Shown here one piece after another: positions 18,949 to 28,866 of a stretch of DNA of 64,000 bases. The DNA comes from Hydrogenophilales bacterium. GTDB lineage: Bacteria > Pseudomonadota > Gammaproteobacteria > Burkholderiales > Eutrophovitaceae. The position numbers and the translations under genes were made by a program. Location of the stretch: contig CACKOO010000004.1 in NCBI GenBank assembly GCA_902601765.1, forward strand, positions 5,321 through 69,320, in the 5' to 3' direction. Numbering within the stretch: position 1 is the first letter of the stretch; each line of letters opens with the position of its first letter. Below the pieces are notes generated by a model that was given only the letters and a program-made list of their open reading frames with translations, was not told the origin of the DNA and did not search any database.

Positions 18949-20118
18949 TTACTCTAGAGTTTCGAGGTATACCCATTCCCCATCCTTAACTTGATAGAGG
19001 CTGATTGTACCTCTATCAATGTCACCTTTTGCATCAAAGGAAACTGGTCCCGTTACCCCGCTATGATTTATTGTAGCAAGATTAGATAAATAAACCCTTG
19101 GATCAAAAGAGTCAGCTTCCACCATGGCTGCTATCAAGGTATTCATAGCGTCATAAGCATAAGGAGCGTATATCTGTATCGGTTGCTTAAAAGTGTCCAT
19201 ATATTTTTTAGTAAATTCAGGACCTCCGGCCATTTTCTCGAGCGGTTCACCCGGAGAAGATGCGTAGGCTCCCTCTGCAGCCGAACTGGCCAAAGTTATA
19301 AACTGTGGGGTTTGCCCACCATCTCCTGTTAAAAAAATCGATTTTATTCCGAGATTTTTAATCTGCTTCATCATTGGTCCCGCTTGGGCATCCATACCAC
19401 TAAAAAAGATTAAGTCAGCGCTCATGCTTTTAATTCGAGTTAAGATAGCTGTAAAATCTGTTTTGGTATTATCTGTGAACTCATGCGTCACGATCTCAGC
19501 ACCAAGGCTTTTGGCTGATTTTTCAAATTCTTCAGCTAATCCCTTACCATAGTCCGTGCGGTCATCGATAACTGCGATTTTTTTTGCATCTAGTTTTATA
19601 GCATAGCTACCCAATACTCTACCTTGCTGCGCGTCATTTGCTATGACTCTAAATGCTGTATTGAAACCCTGATTCGTATAATTCACGTTTGTTGCTGATG
19701 GAGATATTTGTGCGATTCCGGCATCAAAATATATTTTTGACGCTGGAATTGTTGTCCCAGAATTAAGATGTCCTATTACCCCCACTGCACCAGAATCTAC
19801 AATCTTTTGCGCTACTATTGTGCTTGTGGATGGTTTTGCTTGATCGTCTTCCGAAATTAACTGAAATTCGACAGATGTTCCTCCAATAGAAATGTTCCGG
19901 GCGTTTGCCTCTTCAATAGCGAGCCTCGCTCCGTTTTCGTTATCCTTCCCGAGATGGGCTATATTTCCAGTCAAAGGACTCACTTGTCCAATTTTTACTA
20001 CAGTTTTTCCAGAATTTGGTTGTTCCGTGCCGCACCCGGAGAATATTAAAATACCCAGTAAAAATATCCATTTTGATACAACATTAGAAAATCCTCTCAA
20101 TTTTGCATCAGTCGCCAT
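18949..20118 (-). CDS. Branched-chain amino acid ABC transporter substrate-binding protein (LivJ/LivK family; possible lipoprotein)
   Basis: KIGQVSPLTG-IAHLGKDNENGA, GHLNSGTTIPAS, ISPSATN, DDRTDYGKGLA, YAPYAYDA; lipobox-like FSGC. Confidence 0.92.
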   Translation of the reverse strand: MATDAKLRGFSNVVSKWIFLLGILIFSGCGTEQPNSGKTVVKIGQVSPLTGNIAHLGKDNENGARLAIEEANARNISIGGTSVEFQLISEDDQAKPSTSTIVAQKIVDSGAVGVIGHLNSGTTIPASKIYFDAGIAQISPSATNVNYTNQGFNTAFRVIANDAQQGRVLGSYAIKLDAKKIAVIDDRTDYGKGLAEEFEKSAKSLGAEIVTHEFTDNTKTDFTAILTRIKSMSADLIFFSGMDAQAGPMMKQIKNLGIKSIFLTGDGGQTPQFITLASSAAEGAYASSPGEPLEKMAGGPEFTKKYMDTFKQPIQIYAPYAYDAMNTLIAAMVEADSFDPRVYLSNLATINHSGVTGPVSFDAKGDIDRGTISLYQVKDGEWVYLETLE

Positions 20119-20216
20119 TTCAATCTCCTTAAATTATTTAAATCTTTATATATCGTATGATTATCAATCAACAATTTACAGTATGTGGATTTACAAAACA
20201 AATAAACATCGTTCAC

Positions 20217-20244
20217 AAAAAAAGCCGGTTTTCTACCGGCTTTT
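20217..20244 (-). terminator. Intrinsic terminator after the cytochrome c gene
   Basis: AAAAGCCGGT-tttct-ACCGGCTTTT stem with a U7 tail on the minus strand. Confidence 0.8.
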
Positions 20245-20268
20245 CCAATTGAGAAAAGTATTTGTTAT

Positions 20269-20592
20269 TTACATTGACAGAATCCACTCAACCAAAAATT
20301 TAGCCTGTTTTTCAGTCATTGGATTAGGTGGCATTGGAATCGGCCCCCAACTACCACTCCCTCCCTTAATGATCTTTGTCGCCAACATACTGAGAGCTTG
20401 CTCATCTCCCTTATACTTGGTGGCCACATCTTTATATGAAGGTCCTACTAGTTTCTTATCAATAGCATGGCATGCTAAACACATTTTCTTCGAAGCAAAT
20501 TTTTTCGCCTTTGCAGCATCAACTGCGGCAAAAGCAATTCCATCAGAGAAGCAGCACACTATTCCCAATACGATAAAAGTTAATTTAATCAT
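20269..20592 (-). CDS. Monoheme cytochrome c (c551/c552 class I)
   Basis: Signal peptide from ATG 20592 (SD GGAGG), CLACH heme motif, KLVGPSYKDVA, GGSGSWGPIPMPPN axial Met. Confidence 0.92.
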   Translation of the reverse strand: MIKLTFIVLGIVCCFSDGIAFAAVDAAKAKKFASKKMCLACHAIDKKLVGPSYKDVATKYKGDEQALSMLATKIIKGGSGSWGPIPMPPNPMTEKQAKFLVEWILSM

Positions 20593-20693
20593 AAAAACCT
20601 CCAGTTTTATGTATAAAAAGAAACGGCTGCTTGATATTATCCTAATTGGGATGAATCTAAAAAATTTTGATTTTTCTTTTTTTGAAATGAGCT

Positions 20694-21476
20694 TCAAATT
20701 GCACGAAATAATCCCCCATCTATTGGGACATTAACTCCAGTTATGTAACTAGATCTTGGGGAGGCTAAAAAAGCCACTAAATTAGCGACGTCAATCGCCT
20801 CACCCATTCTTCCCATTGGTATATCTTGGCACAATCTCTCTTCTACTTTATCTAATTCAATCCCACTATCTCTACTCTTGGCTTGAAGAATATGCTCTAG
20901 TCTTTCTGTTTTGATGTATCCTGGATTAACTCCATTTATGCGGATATTTTTATTTGCACTAACCCCTGCTAGGCCACAAGTAGTAAGCATTAATGCAGCA
21001 TTAGCAGCTCCTCCTGCAATGTGGAACGGCAATGGAAATTTACCTCCGGTCCCAATCACATTTACAATATTTCCTGTTTTTCTTTCCAGCATTTTTGGTA
21101 AGAATGCCTGGATAGCAAACATATATGTAAAATATTTAGCTTCTATCGCTTTCCGCCAAGATGACATATCTAACTCACTCAAAGGTGCTTGTTGCGCTGC
21201 GCCGGCGGAATTAATTAATATATCAACTTTATCAAAATTTTGATGTACTGATTTAGCCAAGTTTTCGGCATGGTCTGGATTAGATAAATCGGCTTTATAA
21301 GTAAAAGTTTCGCCATATTTTTCTAAAAGCTTTTTCGCTGTAGCTAAGTTTTCTGCACTGCGAGAAGCAATTAGTACGTGCGCTCCTTGCGATAAAAAAG
21401 TTTTTGCACAGGCCAATCCGATACCTTTACTCCCGCCTGTTATTAATACTATTTTCTTATCTAATTCTAAATTCAT
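20694..21476 (-). CDS. Short-chain dehydrogenase/reductase, atypical (no YxxxK)
   Basis: TGGSKGIG, NSAG, NGVNPG, YITG-VPIDGG; the catalytic segment reads IAGGAANAAL. Confidence 0.85.
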   Translation of the reverse strand: MNLELDKKIVLITGGSKGIGLACAKTFLSQGAHVLIASRSAENLATAKKLLEKYGETFTYKADLSNPDHAENLAKSVHQNFDKVDILINSAGAAQQAPLSELDMSSWRKAIEAKYFTYMFAIQAFLPKMLERKTGNIVNVIGTGGKFPLPFHIAGGAANAALMLTTCGLAGVSANKNIRINGVNPGYIKTERLEHILQAKSRDSGIELDKVEERLCQDIPMGRMGEAIDVANLVAFLASPRSSYITGVNVPIDGGLFRAI

Positions 21477-21508
21477 ATTTGATTACCTTTTTTGCTGAAT
21501 TGTTTACC

Positions 21509-22375
21509 CTAAGATTGGTTCATATAAATCTCTAATAGGATTGCCAAGAAAACTGTCGCACCAACCCAATTGTTTTTCTTGAATGCACGGAGACAATCTT
21601 TGGGATTTCTGTATTTTATTAAAGGATATTGAAAAATAACTAAGACAAAGGCTACTAGTAAAATCACATAAAATAATTCTCCAAAATCTTTTAACCATCC
21701 AACAAAAGAAATACAAAATAAAAAGAGAAATTGAAAAATAAAAACACACAAGACGTCCTTTGACCGAAACAATAGAGCTGAAGTTTTAATGCCCAAAAGT
21801 TCATCATCTTTTCGATCTACCATGGCATACTCAGTATCATAAGCGATTGCCCAAAAAACATTAGCCACCAAAACTAAAATCGCCTCAAGGGGTACATTTC
21901 CTGTGTTAGCGGCATAAGCCATTGGAATACCAAAACCAAACGCTACGCCTAAATATGCTTGAGGCAATACAAGAAAACGCTTTGTGAAAGGGTATGTGGC
22001 TGCAAGAAGTAACGCCAAACCGGATAGTTTTATTGTTAAAAGATTCAAGTTGATGACCAACATAGCTGCAAGAGTTACCATCCCAATAGCAAGTGATACA
22101 GCTTCAAGATGGGTTATTTCACCCGTTACTAATGGGCGCGTCCTAGTTCTTTCGACGTACCCATCAAATTTTTTATCAGCCAAGTCGTTCATAATGCACC
22201 CGGCGGATCTCATCAATATAACACCTAATATAAATATTATTAGCACAGACGGAGTAGGCCCTCGGATAGTCGATAACCACAGTCCCCAAAGAGTAGGCCA
22301 CAGTAAGAGCATAATGCCAATTGGCTGATTAAGCCTTGCTAATCGGCAGTAACAATAGATTTTTTCTCCCATCAA
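21509..22375 (-). CDS. ubiA: 4-hydroxybenzoate polyprenyltransferase
   Basis: RLNQPIG-LLLWP, MRSAGCIMNDLAD-FD-VERT-RP, YPFTKR, AYDTEYAMVDRKDD. Confidence 0.96.
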   Translation of the reverse strand: MMGEKIYCYCRLARLNQPIGIMLLLWPTLWGLWLSTIRGPTPSVLIIFILGVILMRSAGCIMNDLADKKFDGYVERTRTRPLVTGEITHLEAVSLAIGMVTLAAMLVINLNLLTIKLSGLALLLAATYPFTKRFLVLPQAYLGVAFGFGIPMAYAANTGNVPLEAILVLVANVFWAIAYDTEYAMVDRKDDELLGIKTSALLFRSKDVLCVFIFQFLFLFCISFVGWLKDFGELFYVILLVAFVLVIFQYPLIKYRNPKDCLRAFKKNNWVGATVFLAILLEIYMNQS

Positions 22376-22381
22376 ATTTCT

Positions 22382-24448
22382 CTAGGCTTCTAAGTATGGT
22401 AATTTAGATCCGAGCCATCGATCTATGTGCTTTTGAACAATGCTAGAATCATCCATGATTAATTTATGTGACAACTTTGCCACCTCTTCTAAAAGAAGAC
22501 TATCATCTTCTAAATTAGCGAACCTTAAGATTGGCAAACCAGATTGCTTTACCCCTATGAATTCTCCTGGTCCGCGAACTCGCAGATCATGGTCTGCCAC
22601 AATGAATCCGTCAGAATTCTCATAAATTACTTTCAGACGATCCTTCGCAATTTCTGATAAAGGCTCCTGATAAAGAAGTACACAAATGCTCTCCATTCTA
22701 CCGCGACCTATTCTCCCTCGTAATTGATGTAACTGTGATAAACCCATTCTTTCCGAGTTTTCAATAACCATTAGAGTCGCCGACGGAACGTCAACACCCA
22801 CCTCTATTACCGTTGTGGCTACCAACAGATCAATTTTTTTCTCTATGAACTTAGTCATGACAGCACTTTTTTCATCTGGTGATAATCGACCATGCACGAG
22901 GCCAATAGACAGATCGGGTAGCGTTTTATACAATTCCTCAAATGTTTTTTCTGCGCTTTGTAAACTTTTTCCCCCTAGTTTCTCCTCCGCCTCCTCTATA
23001 AGTGGACATACCCAGTAAGCTTGCTTGCCGGCGTTACACACCTGATTAATATAGCGAATTAATTTCTCTTTATTATCTCTGGATACCAGCTTCATCAATA
23101 CCGGCTTTCTTCCAGGAGGAAGCTCCCTAATCGTAGAAACATCAAGATCAGCATAGTAACTCATGGCTAGAGTCCGCGGTATGGGCGTTGCAGTCATCAT
23201 TAATTGATGAGGAAAGATTCTTTGTGCTGTATTTCCACCTTTATTCCTGAGGGCTAACCTCTGCCCCACCCCAAACCTGTGCTGTTCATCGACTATTGTT
23301 AAAGCTAGATTTTTAAATCTAACTTTGTTTTGAAACAGTGCGTGTGTGCCTATAACTATATTACATTCTCCTGATGCTATTTTTTGATATGCGATATCCC
23401 GATCACTCTTTTTTTGGGATCCAGTCAACCATATCACCTGGAGTTGAAGAGGATTAAACCAAGTATGAAATTTTTTGTAATGTTGCTCGGATAGGATTTC
23501 TGTGGGTGCCATTACAGCAACCTGAAAACCTGCTTCGATTGATTGAAGAGCAGCAAAAGCAGCGACGATTGTTTTGCCACTTCCCACATCACCCTGTAAC
23601 AAGCGCTGCATCGGTTGCGTTCTTGTAAGGTCACTCTTTATATCGGATATCGCAAAAGTTTGTGCTTTCGTGAGTTCAAACGTAATTAATTTCTGTAACT
23701 TGGTTGCCAATCTCTTACCCTCAGGTAGGGAAATAGCTTTAAAGTTATTTCTTTTGCGCCGTTGAATTCGCAAACACAACTGTTGAGCTAGCAATTCGTC
23801 AAATTTCAGGCGTCGCCATGCCGGATGCTGTCGCGAAATAATTGCCTGCGTATCGTCGGTCGGTGGCGGATTATGCAGAACACTTAAGGCTTGCGCGAAC
23901 GGCATAAGACTATACATATCTCTGATGGAATCAGTAAGCGTGTCGGTTTTTGAAATATGTGAAAGTGCAATTTTTACCAATCGCCTTATCGTTAATTGTT
24001 TTAACCCGGCACAAGTTGGATAAATAGGAGTAAGCGATATTGGCAAAGGCAAATGTTCTCTAATTATTTTGTATCTTGGATGAGCCATTTCTAGTCCAGT
24101 TTTTAGCGACCGCACCTCGCCTACAGCCCGTACCCTCGCTCCAACAATTAAGGTTTTTGCTTGGCTAGGGTAAAAATTAAAGAACCTTATGTGTAAAACT
24201 CCACTAGGATCCTCAATGTAAACACTTAAATTACGCTTAGGCCGATAAAGCACCTTAACATCCACAATTAATCCTTCGACCTGCTGTACACGGCCGATTT
24301 CAACTTTTTTAATCGGTATAATTTTAGTTTCGTCGTCGTATCGAGCAGGGATATGAAAAGCTATATCTTGGAAATTTATTAACCCCAATCGCGCAAGTTT
24401 TACTTTTACCGAGGGGTTGATGTTCAATTTTTCTTTTTCTAAAGTCAT
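22382..24448 (-). CDS. recG: ATP-dependent DNA helicase RecG
   Basis: RLLQGDVGSGKT, MAPTEIL, DEQHRFGV-QR, MTATPIPRTL, SQLHQLRGRIGRG, RGPGE. Confidence 0.98.
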   Translation of the reverse strand: MTLEKEKLNINPSVKVKLARLGLINFQDIAFHIPARYDDETKIIPIKKVEIGRVQQVEGLIVDVKVLYRPKRNLSVYIEDPSGVLHIRFFNFYPSQAKTLIVGARVRAVGEVRSLKTGLEMAHPRYKIIREHLPLPISLTPIYPTCAGLKQLTIRRLVKIALSHISKTDTLTDSIRDMYSLMPFAQALSVLHNPPPTDDTQAIISRQHPAWRRLKFDELLAQQLCLRIQRRKRNNFKAISLPEGKRLATKLQKLITFELTKAQTFAISDIKSDLTRTQPMQRLLQGDVGSGKTIVAAFAALQSIEAGFQVAVMAPTEILSEQHYKKFHTWFNPLQLQVIWLTGSQKKSDRDIAYQKIASGECNIVIGTHALFQNKVRFKNLALTIVDEQHRFGVGQRLALRNKGGNTAQRIFPHQLMMTATPIPRTLAMSYYADLDVSTIRELPPGRKPVLMKLVSRDNKEKLIRYINQVCNAGKQAYWVCPLIEEAEEKLGGKSLQSAEKTFEELYKTLPDLSIGLVHGRLSPDEKSAVMTKFIEKKIDLLVATTVIEVGVDVPSATLMVIENSERMGLSQLHQLRGRIGRGRMESICVLLYQEPLSEIAKDRLKVIYENSDGFIVADHDLRVRGPGEFIGVKQSGLPILRFANLEDDSLLLEEVAKLSHKLIMDDSSIVQKHIDRWLGSKLPYLEA

Positions 24449-24464
24449 GTGTGTCGGACGTTCT

Positions 24465-24842
24465 CTATTTTATTTTTACAATAGCCTCAACCTCTATTAG
24501 AGCACCTTTAGGGAGTTCTGAGACGCCCACTGCTGATCTAGCCGGATATGGGGCATCAAAATATCTTGCCATTATTTGATTTAATTCTGAAAAATTATCT
24601 AAAGTTAATAGAAAAACGGTAAGTTTAACAATCGAGTTTCGCGACGACCCTGCTTCCTCTGCGATTAAACCTAAATTATCGAAAATTTGATTTGCTTGCT
24701 CAGAAAAAGATTTTTTCAACTTCATGGATGACGGCTCTAACCCTATTTGCCCAGAGATAAACAAAATATTGCCAGCATATACAGCTTGTGAATACGTCCC
24801 AATAGCCTCTGGTGCTTTTCTTGTTTGAATTGTCTTTAACAT
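24465..24842 (-). CDS. ridA: RidA/YjgF family enamine/imine deaminase
   Basis: APEAIGTYSQAV, ISGQIG, PYPARSAV, LPKGALIEVE. Confidence 0.9.
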   Translation of the reverse strand: MLKTIQTRKAPEAIGTYSQAVYAGNILFISGQIGLEPSSMKLKKSFSEQANQIFDNLGLIAEEAGSSRNSIVKLTVFLLTLDNFSELNQIMARYFDAPYPARSAVGVSELPKGALIEVEAIVKIK

Positions 24843-24959
24843 ACCTGTCTCCCGAGTTAGAATAAAAATATTATTTTAAATTAAACTAGCGATAATCTCA
24901 GTGAGAATAGCTTCAGAGGTCTTAATTCATGTGAACCGCAACTTTTCAAGAAGTTGTAA

Positions 24960-26846
24960 TTGAAAAACGTGCACGCAAAAAAAGAAAGTTCCAAGACTCT
25001 ATTCATGACCGTAGCTGCTATCGGCGTTGTTTTTGGCGATATAGGAACAAGCCCACTTTATACCATGAGAGAGGCCTTTTCGACTCGCTATGGAATATCC
25101 CCTATTCCTGAGAACGTATTAGGCATTTTATCGCTGATAATATGGGGGTTGTTGCTAATTGTTACCCTAAAGTATGTTTTTTTTATGCTGACCGCCAATA
25201 ACCGCGGAGAGGGAGGCATGATGGCGCTCTTAGCTCTTGTTCTTCGAGCTGTTCGTCGTGGAACCATTAAAAGATGGGTTCTAATGGTTTTGGGGCTCTT
25301 TGGAGCAGCGCTTTTTTATGGGGATGGTGTTATTACCCCAGCAATATCGGTGTTAGCTGCTGTAGAAGGGTTACAGGTGGCAGCACCACAGTTAAAACCG
25401 TATGTAATACCTACTACTATCCTAGTAGTTTTGGGATTATTTTTGATTCAGAAAAAAGGCACTGCCACCGTGGGTGCCCTTTTTGGACCCATTACTGTGG
25501 TTTGGTTTGGTGTTTTAGGAGTTCTTGGATTAATTAATCTTTGGGGAAACAGTTTTATTTTAAATGCATTCAACCCGAGCTATGCGATCAATTTTTTTAT
25601 TAATAACCGGATCACTGGCTTTATCGCGCTGGGAGCAGTTGTACTTGCTATAACTGGTACTGAAGGAATTTATACCGATATGGGTCATTTTGGGAAAAAA
25701 CCTATCCGTATTGCTTGGACTTTTTGGGTTTTACCAGCGCTATTACTTAACTACCTGGGTCAGGGGGCACTTATTTTGGGAAACGCAGAATCTCTCAAAC
25801 ACCCCTTCTACAGCATGGTCCCCGATTGGGCACTCTATCCCGTTATTGTTCTCGCTACTTTAGCAACTGTTATTGCGTCACAAGCTGTAATTTCTGGAAC
25901 CTATTCACTCACCCGGCAAGCTATACAACTAGGCTATTGTCCGCGGTTGAACATACTTCACACCTCAGAGAGTCAAATTGGGCAAATTTATATGCCTTGG
26001 GTTAATTGGGCTTTACTTTTTGGGGTAATAACGCTTATTTTGGGATTTGGTAGCTCAAGTAATCTAGCCAGCGCTTATGGTGTGGCGGTTACCGGAATGA
26101 TGGCGATAGATACCGTTCTAGTTTTTTTTGTGTTGGTTAGCCTTTGGAAATGGTCTCGATTGATTGCTATTCCCCTACTGATAATTTTCCTTTTATTTGA
26201 TCTCTCTTTGTTTTCAGCTAACACTATTAAGCTAGCACATGGGGGGTGGTTTCCCATTTTAATCGCCCTTATTTTGTTTACTTTGTTTTCTACTTGGCGA
26301 AAGGGTCGGTCCATACTAAATCGACGACTTGCGCCAGATTCACTTGGCGTTACAGGCTTTCTTGATAGTATTTCAAAGCATCCGCCAACTCGGGTTCAGG
26401 GAACTGCTGTTTTTCTTACTGCAGCTTCTGAGGGAATACCTCATGCACTGCTACATAACCTTAGTCACAACAAAGTATTGCACGATAATGTGATATTACT
26501 GACAGTTAAAACAGCGGATATTCCACATATTTCAAGAGAGGATTGTATTAAGGTTAAAGAATTAAGGCTTGGATTCTACCGAGTATCTTTATCGTACGGT
26601 TTTAAAGATTCTCCAAATATCCCTGAAGGGTTGATGCTAGGAAAAACCTGTAAACTTCCTGTGACTCCCATGACTACTTCATACTTTTTATCTAGACAAA
26701 CTTTGGTCCCAAAATTTGGCGACGGAATGGTTTTATGGAGGGAGCAACTTTTTGCAATGATGAGTCGTAACTCCAGCAGTGCAACGGCGTTTTTCAGAAT
26801 TCCAGCTAATCGTGTCATCGAGCTAGGAACACGAATAGAATTCTAA
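24960..26846 (+). CDS. kup: Low-affinity potassium transporter Kup (TTG start)
   Basis: GVVFGDIGTSPLY, GEGG, YGDGVITPAISVL, DMGHFG, ASQAVISG, GQIYMP, NLASAYG. Confidence 0.96.
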   Translation: MKNVHAKKESSKTLFMTVAAIGVVFGDIGTSPLYTMREAFSTRYGISPIPENVLGILSLIIWGLLLIVTLKYVFFMLTANNRGEGGMMALLALVLRAVRRGTIKRWVLMVLGLFGAALFYGDGVITPAISVLAAVEGLQVAAPQLKPYVIPTTILVVLGLFLIQKKGTATVGALFGPITVVWFGVLGVLGLINLWGNSFILNAFNPSYAINFFINNRITGFIALGAVVLAITGTEGIYTDMGHFGKKPIRIAWTFWVLPALLLNYLGQGALILGNAESLKHPFYSMVPDWALYPVIVLATLATVIASQAVISGTYSLTRQAIQLGYCPRLNILHTSESQIGQIYMPWVNWALLFGVITLILGFGSSSNLASAYGVAVTGMMAIDTVLVFFVLVSLWKWSRLIAIPLLIIFLLFDLSLFSANTIKLAHGGWFPILIALILFTLFSTWRKGRSILNRRLAPDSLGVTGFLDSISKHPPTRVQGTAVFLTAASEGIPHALLHNLSHNKVLHDNVILLTVKTADIPHISREDCIKVKELRLGFYRVSLSYGFKDSPNIPEGLMLGKTCKLPVTPMTTSYFLSRQTLVPKFGDGMVLWREQLFAMMSRNSSSATAFFRIPANRVIELGTRIEF

Positions 26847-26955
26847 AAACCTCACAAATAATGATTAACACATGATATAGTTATAATATTTAGTCATGAA
26901 TACTATATGAAGTGGTTATTTGATTTTTAACAAACCCTATTTACGAACCGTATCT

Positions 26956-27105
26956 ATGAATCGAAACTATCATACCAACCCAACAAAAAACTTTGAGCAA
27001 ATTAATTCAATGTCTAATTTTCAAAGAATTATCGCAAGTTTTTATCGGCTGGTGGTCGTCGCTACCTGCCTTATGGTGCTCTACCAGGTCACGCGTCTAA
27101 TTTAA
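26956..27105 (+). CDS. Possible small membrane peptide (49 aa, or 31 aa from ATG 27010)
   Basis: ORF in an otherwise empty 460-bp gap; hydrophobic C-terminus LVVVATCLMVLY; no recognisable homology. Confidence 0.3.
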   Translation: MNRNYHTNPTKNFEQINSMSNFQRIIASFYRLVVVATCLMVLYQVTRLI

Positions 27106-27306
27106 TAATTTTCAATTTGATCCAAGGAAGGCCTCAAATACATGTTGCCTAGATATATCTAGTGAAACAGAACTACTATTTCTTTGGAAGAATCGAACAG
27201 CGTTACATCTGCATTAGGATCTAATACGAGACTTAAAAATAACAAACTCAAACGTATCTCGTCTAAACGTCCAAAACATAACGAAATGGGTAATAGCGCG
27301 TACGGA

Positions 27307-27924
27307 CTAGCGGCTGTAAAATTCCACAACCATATTAGGATTCATTTGGACTGGATAGGGGACTTCATCGTATTGGGGAACTCTTTTGTAGATACCCTTA
27401 AATTTTCCCGACTCAAAAGATAAATACTCCGGCAAATCTCTTTCCATTTTTTCTGTAGACTCAATTACTAAAGGCATTTTCCGGCTTTTCTCTCTAATCT
27501 CAACCTCATCGCCAGGCTTACAACTAAAAGAAGGGATATTCACCACTTTACCGTTCACCGTTACATGCTTATGATTGATTAATTGCCTGGCTGCGAAGAC
27601 CGTTGGAACAAAATTCATTCGATAAACCATCGCATCGAGCCGGGACTCGAGTAGTTGTATCAAATTTTCCGATGTATTACCTTTGCGCCTCGAGGCTTCC
27701 TTGAATATTCGTCTAAACTGAGACTCCGAAATATTCCCATAATAACCCCGCAACTTTTGCTTCTCCCGTAGTTGCTCGCCATATACCGAGGGGCGAGAGG
27801 GCCTGTTACCATGCTGCCCTGGACCGTATGGTTTATTAACGGTTGGGCACTTTTCACGCCCCCACAAATTCTCTCCGAGCTGGCGGCATATTTTATATTT
27901 CGGCTTTGCCCTGCGGTTAGTCAA
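27307..27924 (-). CDS. rpsD: 30S ribosomal protein S4, stand-alone, alphaproteobacterial-like sequence (TTG start)
   Basis: KYKICRQLGENLWG, YGPGQHG, YGEQLREKQKLRGYYG, LESRLDAMVYR, AARQLINHKHVTVNG-VNIPS, VPYPVQMNPNMVVEFYSR; SD GGAG 7 nt upstream. Confidence 0.97.
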   Translation of the reverse strand: MTNRRAKPKYKICRQLGENLWGREKCPTVNKPYGPGQHGNRPSRPSVYGEQLREKQKLRGYYGNISESQFRRIFKEASRRKGNTSENLIQLLESRLDAMVYRMNFVPTVFAARQLINHKHVTVNGKVVNIPSFSCKPGDEVEIREKSRKMPLVIESTEKMERDLPEYLSFESGKFKGIYKRVPQYDEVPYPVQMNPNMVVEFYSR

Positions 27925-27977
27925 TCAATTTCTCCAACGTGTGATGTAGTTACTGAATTTCATACAAATGAGTCGAG

Positions 27978-28005
27978 ATGATACGCAAATTAGGGAAAAA
28001 ATCAA
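27978..28005 (-). promoter_or_regulatory. Candidate sigma70 promoter for rpsD
   Basis: Minus strand TTGATT-16 nt-TATCAT, about 55 nt upstream of the start codon; pattern match only. Confidence 0.4.
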
Positions 28006-28083
28006 ACTTTTTCTCCCGTAAGTTTAGAATGAAACACTTTTAAATGACCATGTTTCTCGCTTAAATGCGCGCTAATCAACCTT

Positions 28084-28860
28084 TTAGTTGGAGCGATAGG
28101 CCAAAATTAGAATTATTGTTCCTGACAATACCATCGGAATACTCAACCATTGTCCCATGGATAAATCCAGGTACATTAAACCTAGAAAATTATCGGGCTC
28201 TCTGGTGAATTCAACAATAAACCGTAAAACCCCATACAAAATCAGAAATGACGCGGAAACCACCGCTACAGGCCTACGGGTTGTCGAAATAACCCAAATT
28301 AAAATGAACAATAAGATACCTTCTAAGAAAAATTGATAAAGCTGAGATGGGTGCCTGGGTAAAGCGTCTACAAATGGAAAAACCATCCCAACATGGAGAT
28401 CAGTTGGTCTACCCCATAACTCGCCATTTATAAAATTTCCTAGTCGGCCAGCCGCTAGGCCCAAGGGAACCAGTGGTGCAATAAAGTCCATTGTCGAAAA
28501 CCAATTTTTCTTCCGAGTCCAGCAAAATAAAAAAATTGCTATCAATACTCCCAATAACCCACCGTGAAAGGACATACCGCCCTCCCAAACAAAAAACACC
28601 TCCAACGGATTGTTAAGGTACTCGTTAGGTTTATAAAAAAGTACGTAACCCAGCCTGCCGCCAATAATTACTCCAAAAACTCCATAGAATAAAATATCAT
28701 CTAAGTCTTTCAGATCAAGATTTATCCATGGTTGTGTTTTTATGCGGTATCTACCCAAAACAAATGCCGTCCCAAAAGCCACAAGATACATTAACCCGTA
28801 CCAATGAATCGAAAGAAAACCGATCTGTATTGCAATAGGGTCAAAAACTGGGTGTACCAT
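28084..28860 (-). CDS. lgt: Prolipoprotein diacylglyceryl transferase
   Basis: [54 protein letters not shown]. Confidence 0.97.
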   Translation of the reverse strand: MVHPVFDPIAIQIGFLSIHWYGLMYLVAFGTAFVLGRYRIKTQPWINLDLKDLDDILFYGVFGVIIGGRLGYVLFYKPNEYLNNPLEVFFVWEGGMSFHGGLLGVLIAIFLFCWTRKKNWFSTMDFIAPLVPLGLAAGRLGNFINGELWGRPTDLHVGMVFPFVDALPRHPSQLYQFFLEGILLFILIWVISTTRRPVAVVSASFLILYGVLRFIVEFTREPDNFLGLMYLDLSMGQWLSIPMVLSGTIILILAYRSN

Positions 28861-28866
28861 AATGAA

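Noticed and set aside
19892-20734. 280-aa plus-strand ORF, the longest unassigned ORF
   Set aside because: Antisense to the liv binding-protein gene and cytochrome c, crosses a terminator, and has no recognisable motifs; treated as a shadow ORF.
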